A stretch of 64,000 bases of DNA. Source: Glaucostegus cemiculus (taxonomy: Eukaryota). The notes beneath the pieces were generated by a model. The model made no database searches and had not been told where the DNA came from. It was given only the letters and a program-made list of their open reading frames with translations. The DNA lies in the NCBI GenBank assembly GCA_976551045.1, contig CDPCPM010000026.1, positions 7,502,001-7,566,000 on the forward strand, in the 5' to 3' direction. Below, in pieces: positions 50,520 to 60,742 of this stretch; position 1 is the first letter of the stretch, and each line of letters begins with the position of its first letter. The translations under genes and the position numbers were made by a program.

Positions 50520-51350
50520 GGAGGAGATAGTAGACATAATGGAAGGGATGCAAATTGATAAGTAGAATACACTAGAAGAGTTGGCTTTACTTTGAGTGGA
50601 TAAGTCACCTGATGTGGATGGTTTGCATCTCAGATTGCATAAGGAAGTGGGGATAAAGATAGGGTAAGGTCTTTCCATAGTCTTCCAATCTTCTCCAATT
50701 AGGAATGAGATAGCATAGTATTGGAAAGTGGCAAATGTTCAAGAAACGTTGCAAGGATATTCCTAGTAAATATAGGTTTGTCAGTTTAACACTGGGTGGT
50801 GGATGGAGTTCTAGTAATACTTATCAGAGAAAAACTTAACAGGCATTTGGAAAATTGGAGTTAATTAAGGGAAGCCAACATTGATTTATAAAAGGCGGAT
50901 CATGTTTAACTAATTTAATTGAAATTCTTCATGAAGTAGTAAAGAAGGTTGAAGGGAATGTAGAGGATGTTATCTGTGTGGAGTCAAGAAAGCATTTCAC
51001 AAGTCTGATGTAAAAGGCTGGTTGTGAGGCCACACAAAGGGAAGGATCAGTGTCAGTGTGGTTCAGAAAATCTGGCTCACTGATAGAAAACAGTGATTCA
51101 CAGTAAATGGTTGTTTTGCACACCGGAGAATGGTAGATCCAGTGTTTCCCCTTGGATAATGCTAGAGCTATAGTATTTTTGAAGTGTGTAAGTTACTACA
51201 GTATTGGAAAACACACTAAAATTTCAAACCTTGTCAATGATACTAAATTTGGAGGTGTGGCAGACAGTGAGTATAGTTTCAGTTGACTGCTTCATGACAT
51301 AGATAGCGAACAGGAAGGGAGGACAAGTGGCATATGGATTATGATACAGA
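50520..51350 (+). mobile_element. CR1 RT fragment, highly decayed
   Basis: VDKSPDVDGLH, WKVANV, SCLTNLIE, NDTKFGGV remnants. Confidence 0.8.
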
Positions 51351-51470
51351 GAAGTGGGAGGTGGTGCACTGTTGCAGAAAGGATAGAAAGACAATGAGCT
51401 GACTGCAGTTCCAAAAAGAACCACCAATTAAATGTAAACATGAAATGTTCCAGCTGTGATTGAGTATAGT

Positions 51471-51565
51471 TCAGACCTGATGAAGGGACTCGACCTGAAA
51501 CGTCGACTGTTTATTTCCCTCCACACTGACCTGCTGAGTTCCTCCAGCATTTTGTGTGTGTTGCA
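51471..51565 (+). mobile_element. Penelope-like terminal repeat carrying a hammerhead motif
   Basis: cagacCTGATGAagggactcgacctGAAACGTCgactg...ctgacctgctgagttcctccagcattttgtgtg. Confidence 0.75.
51472..51509 (+). ncRNA. minimal type I hammerhead ribozyme motif
   Basis: CUGAUGA 51477-51483; stem II AGG/CCU; GAAA 51497-51500; GUC 51502-51504; stem I CAGAC/GACUG (4 of 5 pairs). Confidence 0.6.
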
Positions 51566-51827
51566 CCAGTTAAATGTAGTGTGTGCATCAGTGTTTTCAG
51601 GACATCTGCAACTGTATACTACATGCAGGAATGTGCTGGAGATGAGATGCAGATACATCTGGCCTCTTACTTGGTCCCAGGATTCACCACTGATTTCAGT
51701 AGCATTCAATAGCTTACCTCTCAACTTTACACCAAACATAGCTGGAACATCAAGTGTAGTCCCATTCATCTGTGTGGATTCACTGACCTTCAATAAAAAG
51801 ATAATTCTGGGTAATTTGTTTTTATTC

Positions 51828-51899
51828 TTCTCTCTCCCTCTCTCTCCCTCTCTCTCCCCCTCTCTCCCTCTCTCTCCCTCTCCCTCCCCCCCTTTCTCT
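51828..51899. repeat. CT/CCCT-rich microsatellite
   Basis: (tctctctccc)n-like pure pyrimidine tract. Confidence 0.9.
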
Positions 51900-52444
51900 G
51901 TATATATATGTTTTTAATTACTTGACACCAGTTTCATGTGTTTTCAAATAAATTCATTATTTTTTAATTTTCAAAGACATTTTAACTGTTTGCATTTTTA
52001 AATCAATTTCAACTCTCTGATTATCAACATCATCAAGGATCTGTCAGGTGTAGGGCCTCAGCTGCAACCTTACTTGTGTTGTTCTGCTTGCAGGATGACT
52101 GCAGAACTGAGACTGTGAGGTCATTGGGAGTCACACAGTCAAAAAAAAGCTAGTGCAGCCCAGGACTAGCGGGGAGGAGTAGGGGGAAGGTGGGAATCGG
52201 GTGATCATGAACTGAATGTCAGACCGAGCATAATCTGGCCCAGTATAGTCTTAATGGCACAGTTCCACAGAGTGTATAATGGAATTCAAATGGATGTTCT
52301 CTTTTATATTTCAGATTTTTCTTCTTTTCAGTATTCTCTTGTTTCACAATTACGTCTTCCATTGAAACTCATTAAGATCCTGTAGTTTAACTTGAAAGCT
52401 AAGACGAGATTACATTTATCATAGCTGGTTTTGTTAATTTACAG

Positions 52445-52546
52445 CCAACAACAAAAGGAATTGGATATGAAGATCAAGGTCCTCCTTTTATAAATGACTC
52501 AAATAAGATGAAAGTTAATGAATCAGAGTCTGAACCTACTAGTCAG
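52445..52546 (+). CDS. RPGRIP1L: RPGRIP1L coding exon (exon 20 equivalent), divergent linker
   Basis: tttacag|CCA ACA...AGT CAG|gtaag; 102 nt, phase 0-0, open; PTTKGIGYEDQGPPFINDSNKMKVNESESEPTSQ; called from splice sites, frame and position, since protein similarity is low. Confidence 0.78.
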
Positions 52547-53714
52547 GTAAGAGGAAAGAAATAGTATTATATTGAGCAGGGTTATGTATATTCTTTCACC
52601 TTGATGTATAGCCCATCAGCAGCAGTTTAAAGTTATGAGGGTTTGCTTCCCTTCTATGCCATACCACTATGTGAACCCACTTTGTCTTCTTTTCGTCATA
52701 ATTGGATATTCCACTTAACTGGTGAATGCTGAATGGTCCATGTCAGCATTCTAGATAAGTATTAAGCAAGGAGCACTCCAGAAACTGAAACCATGTCTTA
52801 TTTTGGGCATTGAGTTTCATTTTGGTGAGCTGCAGGTCCCAGTCGGGTATCCAGAGGCTTCTCACCAAAAGAGGATAAGTTGGGTCCCAACTTGTTTCGC
52901 CAGTCTGTCCCTAACATCTGCATGCAGACAGGTTTTGAGAAAAGAAAGAAACAAACACAAAGTCAGCGGCAATTGGGGAATAGGTTGGTAGGATAGTGAT
53001 TTTGGGCATACCCTCATGAGTGCTGTGTTGCCAGAAGGACTGCTGCTACTGCTAATGTCATACATGGTTAAAAGAAAGAAACATTTCTCTTTGATGCGTG
53101 CCTGTGGTACTTCTATTAAGGAACTTCAATTGAACCAGAAAATCAGTGTGTTGACTTTGCTGAATTTTTGAGAAGGGTCCTTGTATGGATATCAAGCCCA
53201 TAATTCGTATACACAAGAGACCCAGCACCAGTTTTGAGCATTCTCCAGGAAATCCTGAATGTTGTCCAAGTAATGATGGCAGTGAGTATACCTCAGGTGT
53301 CTTTAAAGTGCCAGAGATAGCCACATGAAATGAAGTCCTTTGTAAACCCATTTTGCATCTCTAAACAAGATCGTCAGGGTCCAGTTTCTCCCCACAAAAG
53401 AGCTTTCCTCAATGTAGCAGCTGTTTCCATTTGGACTTGGATCTAATGTATGAAGGAAATTTTGTTTGGCATTCATGAACAACTGTCATCTCACAAGTTA
53501 GATCGGTAAATCATAGACAGTAGTGCAAACCTTGGAACTGGAGTACAAGTTATATTGATAATGCCAAATTCTTCCCATAACCCTGCAACAGAGCCTCTTA
53601 GCACAAGGTTTTTTTTTCCAGATACAGGCATAAATTATGAATGGAAAAAAAGGCACTATCCTGTTTTAACTCTTCTTGCTGCTTATTTGACAACAGAACC
53701 ACAATGTGCACTGA

Positions 53715-54135
53715 TCACATTGGAGAAACTGGCATTATTCTTAGAACAGAGAAGAATAAGAGAATATGTGATAGAGATGTTCAAAATAATGAGAGACCTA
53801 GACAGAATAAATGGAGAGAAATTAGTTCCCTTTGGCGGAAAGATAAAGAACTAGAGCAAAAGATTTGACATTGTCAGAAGAAGTAAAGCTAACATTTTTA
53901 CACGATATGTGGTTAGCATCTGGAATGAATTGCCTGATAAAGTGGTGGAGGCAAATTCAATTGTGGCTTTCAAAACGGAACTGGTTCAATACTAAAGGAA
54001 AAGAACTGATCTCCAGAAAAGGAAATAAAATGCAATGATTTAGGGCAAGAGCTATGTAATGCGCCTGACTGCCTTGTTCTCGTGGAGTGCTGGTGTGTCC
54101 TCCTCCTGGGTAGTTATCATTTTATGATTCTATGC
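53715..54135 (+). mobile_element. CR1 LINE 3' fragment
   Basis: LEKLALFLEQRRIREYVIEMFKIMRDLDRINGEKL; ends ttatgattctatg. Confidence 0.8.
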
Positions 54136-55682
54136 AGCTTACTTCTATGAGACCTAATACTTGCTTAGCTGAGTACTGAAGAGCTTCTCCAGAGTAGTTC
54201 AGTTTGCAGAAACTGGTAAAGGATACAGCAGATTTGTTCTTGAATATTACTTACAGTTTCATTCTCAATGTAGGCTTGTTGTGCAGGTACTTAATGGTTT
54301 CTAGATTCAGGGTCATCAAACATGTCATAGGAAATATATCTTGTTTGCTGTCAGATAACCTGCTGCAATGTTTCAATTATGGGCAACACTGAGGACTGCT
54401 GCAGAATAAGAAAGTAATAACTGCTGCCAGAATAAAGGGCATTCATTTGTGTGAACTAATCTGTGTACAGTCAGTTTTGGTCTCTAAACTAATAGCTTCT
54501 ATTGACCTCTTTCTAACTATTTGCTATTTAGAAATATTTGGGTTTCTTTTTATGTCAACTCTGTTCTGTTCTCACCTTTTCTCTTTGGCCTTCTTACTTT
54601 TTCACTTCTCCCTTGGGCCTTTCTGTTATCAGTGTGGTTCTCACATGTATCATCAACCTAATACTTTTCTCTCCTTCCCTTTCATCGACAAGGTTCTGAT
54701 TGCTTTTTTCCCGGTTGAGAATGTACCCCAACTGTACCTAAACCATCTCTACATAAAAGGCTGCCTATTATTCAACTACATATCAGTGTAGAGAGGTCCA
54801 GGTACTGTGCACACCCAGTGCATCCCTTAAGATGCATTAGAATTTTTTGGCATTTGATCAATGTTCAATCTCTTAGTGCTTGATTCCATGTGCCTTTGCC
54901 ATTTAAGAGATGTTTTCCAGTGGCTACAGCATGGATGAGGGAAGACTGCTGACCTCCAACTGAGGAAACAGCTGATATCCTTGTATCTTACCTAAAGTTT
55001 TAAACATGGAAGATCTGGCTTTAGAGTGTAGACCTTCAATCTGGGTTGCAGCAGTCCAGGTCAGCAGTTTGACAGGTGATGACCCCGGTGAAGTTCCAGG
55101 GGTAGGACTAGGATTTGCAAACCATGAAACTATTATTGCTCAGTTGTTGGAGTGCTTCAGCAGACCCACTGCGCTGTTGGAGAGCAGGTTAAAGACTTGG
55201 ATGCTCCTTTGAATAGTGATATCTAGTACTATGCTTGCAGCTCTCTAGGCTTCCATTGCTTCACTCAGGCTCTTGATGGAAGCTGTTTCTTTTGGAATCT
55301 AAGCTTGCCTTTAGTGTGGATTTCTCAGGTGAAAATTCTTATCTATGTTGAGAACCTCAGCTAAGTCACTAGTGATTTTTTTAAAGCTTCCTGACATTGA
55401 GGAAGTTTTCTGCGCTTGTGCATTAACCTTCATCTGTAGTCAGTTCCTTCAGATACTCTGTGTGTCTATCTTACCCAATAACCTGGCATTTGCAATAACC
55501 TTTCCTACCTACCTGAGCTTGTATGCATTTGTTCTTTGTGTTTCACTGCATTCAGATCCTTCCTTTATCATAGTCTTCAGAATATGTGCAGTGTCTGTCT
55601 CTGCTTGTAGCTGTAGTTATATGATTGAACAATGGTGTTTGATTTTCCTCAATGGCTTTTTCCTCTTCCTTCATTGAATGGA

Positions 55683-55857
55683 AAGATCACAAGACAAGGT
55701 AGCAGAAGTAGGCCATTCGGCCCATCGAGTCTGCTCCAAAGGGAAGGAAATGTGGTGGGGATAGGGGTGGGGGGGGGAGTGGGAAAGAAGAAGAAAAAAA
55801 ACTTATTCTAACCCCAAGTTCCGGAAGATCACAAGACAAGGGAGCAGAAGTAGGCCA
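55683..55857 (-). mobile_element. CR1 3' tail with a restarted 33-nt copy
   Basis: aagatcacaagacaagg(t/g)agcagaagtaggcca at 55683-55715 and 55825-55857. Confidence 0.7.
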
Positions 55858-55935
55858 GATTTCAAATAAAAGGAAAAAAGGTTGTGTGGTGGCAGAGGGA
55901 GAAAGTAAGACCTGTGGCACACACCACCTGTCACA

Positions 55936-57236
55936 ATGGGATCATTGCAATTCACCTACCGGCGAAACAGGTCTACAGCAGATGCCATTTCCCTGGCCCT
56001 ATACTCAGTTCTGGAGCACCTGGACAGTAAAGGCACATATGTTAGACTATTGTTTATTGACTACAGCTCTGCCTTCAATACAATAATTCCAAGCAAGCCT
56101 GACACCAAACTCCAAGAACTAGGACTCAGCTCCTCCCTTGGTAACTGGATTCTTGACTTTCTAACAAACAGACCGCAATCAGCAAGAATAGGCAGCAATA
56201 CCTCCGGCACAATTATTCTCAACACTGGTGCCCCACAAGGCTGCATCCTCAGCCCTCTACTCTACTCCCTATACACTCATGACTGTGTGGCCAGATTCTG
56301 CTCCAACTGCATCTACAAGTTTGCAGATGATACCACCGTTGTGGGCTGTATCTCCAACAGCGACGGGTCAGAGTACAGGAAGGAGATAGAGAGCTTAGTG
56401 GAATGGTGTCATGACAACAACCTTTCCCTCAATGTCAACAAAATGAAAGAGTTGGTCATTGACTTCAGGAAAGGGGGTGGTGTACATGCACCTGTCTACT
56501 TCAATGGTGCTGAGGTCAAGAGAGTTGAGAGCAAGTTCCTGGCTGTGAACATCACCTACAGCCTGTCCTGGTCTAACCACATAGATGCCACAGCAAAGAA
56601 AGCTCACCAGCGCCTCTACTTCCTCAGGAGGCTGAAGAAATTTGGTATGTCCCCTTCGACTCTCACCAACTTTTACCGATGCACCATAGAAAGCATCCTA
56701 TCTGGTTGTATCATAGCTTGGTATGGCAACTGCTCTGCCCAGGACCGCAAGAAGCTGCAGAGAGTTGTGGACACAGCCCAGCACATCACGGACACCAGCC
56801 TCCCCTCCTTGGACTCTGTCTTTACCTGTCGTTGTCTTGGTGTAGTGGCCAGCATAATCAAAGACCCCACTTATCCGGGACATTCTCTCTTCTCTCCTCT
56901 TCCATCGAGTAGAAGATACAGTTGCCTGAGGGCACACACCACCAGACTTAAGGACAGCTTCTTCCCCACTGTGATAAAACTATGGAAAAGTTCCCTTATA
57001 CAATGAGATGGACTATGACCTCACGTTCTACCTTGTGTGAACTTGCACCTTATTGCACTGCACTTTCTCTGTAGCTGTGACACTTTACTCTGTACTGTTA
57101 CTGTTTTTACTGTACTACATCAATGCACTTTGTACTAACTATGTAACTGTGTAATGAATTGACCTGTATGATCAGTTTGTAAGACAAGCTTTTCACTGTA
57201 CCTCGGTACAAGTGACATTAATAAACCAATACCAAT
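55936..57236 (+). mobile_element. 5'-truncated Rex1/Babar LINE with an open RT frame (55936-57006) and 3' UTR
   Basis: [69 protein letters not shown]; tail aataaaccaataccaat; endonuclease absent. Confidence 0.93.
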
Positions 57237-58499
57237 AAGAAATTGAGTGACAAAAGAAGGAGAATTCAATATTGACACACCTTCATACATGATTGATTCA
57301 GTTCGAATAGTAGCCTTAGTGATGTTCCTATGATCAGAAGCACTGTTTTCTCCATGGAGTTTAAAACACTCAGGTGCATGGTCATCCTTCAGTTCTTTGC
57401 AGCTGCTTGAGAGACATGCAGCAGGTCATAAAAGGGTGAAATAAAGCACCTGATTGAAAGATTGAGTACTGATTGTTAGAAATTGTTGATAGGTGGGTGA
57501 TAGCCTTGAGGTAAGTTGAGCAGTAGTGAATCCAGAGTCTAAATTTGCTCTTTGAAGATTATTTCTGCACTGCAGCCATGTTCTTTGAGCCACACTTTTT
57601 TTTCTTTCCACCTGCACTGCCACTTCTTCACACTGCCTCCTGACTCCACATCCCTAATGCCTCCTGCCCACCCCTCTCCTCCTCTCCTTCTGCACAGGTT
57701 CAGCCATAAGTCAAAGTGTTAAAGCTAAGATTTGCTTTTCTATAACTCCAGTCACTTATTACATCCAAAATACACCTTCCTTTTATGAGGTGCAGGCAAC
57801 CATTAGGTTGTGCAAGTGACCGACAATATCAAGGAAGCTTCTCACCAATATGTGCCACTGATGAATGGTATCTACATTTTGTTGTTATCCGTAGCAAGTC
57901 CTAGCCGCTATCTCATGTGAATAATGAGGACTTGTGTATTTAGATCTTAATGTTGATCTCATTAGTTATTTTTAAAATGTTTGCGTCTGACTAACATTGA
58001 CCTGTTGCTTTTTTTGCAAAGCAGGTTGTCAACAAATACAGCTAACTCACATGTTATTACTGACATTGCTTTTAATTTAGCATAGTTATCAATGTTTGAT
58101 CTTGAAGTTATCACTTTCAAAGTGTTATCCCATATATTAGTACACAAAAGGGTAAAGATCCACCACCATATTTAAAATGCCCACACTTTTGCAGGAATCA
58201 GCTAACTTTAATGTACTTTAGTTTGTCAGAATTTCATTGCATTGTAGAGTGTTCCACTAGTAAATAATTCTGTAACTTAAATACACCCACCTAGAGAGCA
58301 TTTGGCTTTTAATGTTGCATTTGTAGAAATTTCAATGCAGAAAATAGTATGTATTGTATACATTTTTAAAAATTATTATTTTTTGTTACATTTAAAGCTC
58401 AAGTTAGAGTCCACTTTTGCATTTCATTTTATAAAAACTACTTATTTGTTGTAATAAAATTATGTTGTTCTAAATGTAATAACATGTTTAAAAACATAG

Positions 58500-58614
58500 G
58501 ATATCACAGGCACAGAACTGGAAAATGAAGCAGGGAGCTCAGAAGATTCATCAGAACTGAGTATGGCTACTTCAGGAGCAACTGATAAAAAAGATGTACA
58601 TGAACCTGGCCAAG
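58500..58614 (+). CDS. RPGRIP1L: RPGRIP1L coding exon (exon 21 equivalent), acidic linker
   Basis: acatag|GAT ATC...CAA G|gtaaa; 115 nt; phase 0-1, as needed to join the next exon; DITGTELENEAGSSEDSSELSMATSGATDKKDVHEPGQ; acceptor has a poor pyrimidine tract. Confidence 0.72.
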
Positions 58615-58799
58615 GTAAATATTAATCTTCATGTTATTTGCAAATTATTTCAGGATTCTGCAAAATGGCCTCAAGTTTGTGTACTTTAATAGAAAGAATA
58701 TAAAATAATTTATTTTCAATATATATGCCACTGTGATTTATGTTTGCATAATTGGTGTCATAATTGGTGCCTACGAGATGAGATGTCAGTTGCATTCAT

Positions 58800-59255
58800 G
58801 CACAACCAACTAGCAGATCCTCATACCTTCCTGCATACAGAAAGACCAAGATAGTTTTCAAGCATGGGCTGATAATTGGCAAGTAACATTCTACCATACA
58901 ACTACCTTGCAATGACTATGTCTGAAAAGAGAGTCTAACCACTGCCTTTGACATCATCGAGAATTTCACCATCAACATCTTGGGGATCACCATTGACCAG
59001 AAGCTCAGCTGGATCAACCATATTAATATTGTGGCTGCAAGAGAAATTCAGAGGCCTGCCCTGGAAATATATCTGTATTCCTTCTTTGTTGTTGAGTCTG
59101 AATTCTGGAATTCCCTATTCAACAACACTGAGTGCTTACTATCACAAGAAAGCCTCCAGTGGTTCAAGAAAGTGACTCACCACTATCTTCTCAGGGGCAA
59201 TTAGGTTATGTACAATAAATATCAGCCTTGCCAGTGATGCCCATATCTAAAAAAA
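58800..59255 (+). mobile_element. old CR1/L2-group LINE fragment
   Basis: WADNWQVTF; GITIDQKLSWINHIN; tail aataaatatcagccttgccagtgatgccca. Confidence 0.75.
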
Positions 59256-60662
59256 AAATTAATTAGAAGTTTTTCAAAGCCACTCAAGGAAGCAGGTGTG
59301 TGTGTATTATTTCCTGGCAGACTTGCTTGTCAGCTCTTCAACACCTTGGTTTCACTGGCAAGATTCAAGAAGCTTGGGGAAGCTCAACTCTCAATGCCAT
59401 TATTGTATGGAAACTTGGGGTATGCATGCAAGTCTGCACAAATGTGAAAGACCCAAACTTCCTGGGCAGTGTTTGCAGGTGATTTCCTGACTGCACTTAG
59501 ATGATGGATCTCTCATGGAGTTCAGCAATGATGCATCTGTTACATGGGGAAAAATCAGAGATTTGTTTAATAGTTACTCAGATTGTGGGAGTTACGAAGG
59601 GAGAAGGCAAAAAAAAAAGCTTAATTTTATGTGGGTAAACAAAATAAAAAAAAGATTCTCTGCTCAATGCATATTTAGACATGATAATCTAATTCTACAT
59701 GCTTACATAGTTCAAAAAATGTTTTGAAAAAAATAATTCACCATGACGCTGGAGCATCTTTGAGCATATAATTACTACTCGCATGCAGCTTTTCAGTCTC
59801 CCAAGTCTTTAATGGAAGAGAAACCTGCTGTGATCGCCAATTTTACCAGAGAAGTATCTCCAATCCAATATCAATATGTTTATCATCTGCCCTCTCCTGG
59901 CCTAACAAACCTCTGAATTGTATCAGACCAATGGGAACTGGCAATGGGCAAAAGCTGCTGGACTTGTCCATATACGCCAAAAAATTCTAATTTACCACTG
60001 TATAATGCTTTGGTACTTATTCTGCAATGACTTGATTCATTGATTTTTTTCAACAGTGGGCCTATTCTGAAGGTGGGAATAGAGTATTATAAAGCATAAG
60101 TGTAAATTAAGATGATTTTCTTTAGGACCCTTGAATTGACAAAGTATTGCATGCCCTAAGTTGGAATTAATATAATCTTGTATAAACTGTGTTCTTTTAG
60201 TAAAAAGTATAATGATTTCATTACTTCATTACTTAATTTAGCTGCTCTTAATAGTAATATATTTTATTTATTTTTATATATATATAGCTTGCTGAGTTTC
60301 TGCCACTATACAATCTGTAAGTTGCTAGAAAAGATGGTGTCAGATGAAGCTGATATATTTTAGAGACATTTTGCAGATGTCTGTGTATATTTATAAATAT
60401 TATATAAACCTAAGAGCAGCTTATAAATCTGCTATAATTTGCTGAGATATACATCTATCATCTATGTAACTGATCTGCTTATTCTTTAAATATAGTTTTA
60501 AAACAACACCACATATATTAAAAATAACTTACTATGATTTGATTGTTCAATTGCTATTAAACAATCATCTTATCACTATTCTGTAAACATCTGTTCTTAC
60601 TATAGATCTCTGAATGACCATCAATGTAATTGTTTTTAGCAGTGTTTTTTTATCTCTCCTAG

Positions 60663-60742
60663 TTGTTTATGATGCTGAGGAATCAATAACGGACAGTGAT
60701 GATTGCATTGTCCCAGGCTGGCAGCCAAGTTGTATAAAACAG
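60663..60742 (+). CDS. RPGRIP1L: RPGRIP1L coding exon (exon 22 equivalent)
   Basis: tctctcctag|TT GTT TAT...AAA CAG|gtcag; 80 nt; VYDAEESITDSDDCIVPGWQPSCIKQ, like human SDSDDCIIPG..KNIKQ. Confidence 0.93.

Noticed and set aside
52660-53400. Possible old LINE fragments (also 11620-11960, 12935-13130, 54790-55330)
   Set aside because: GC-richer and TE-like, but too decayed to assign a family by eye
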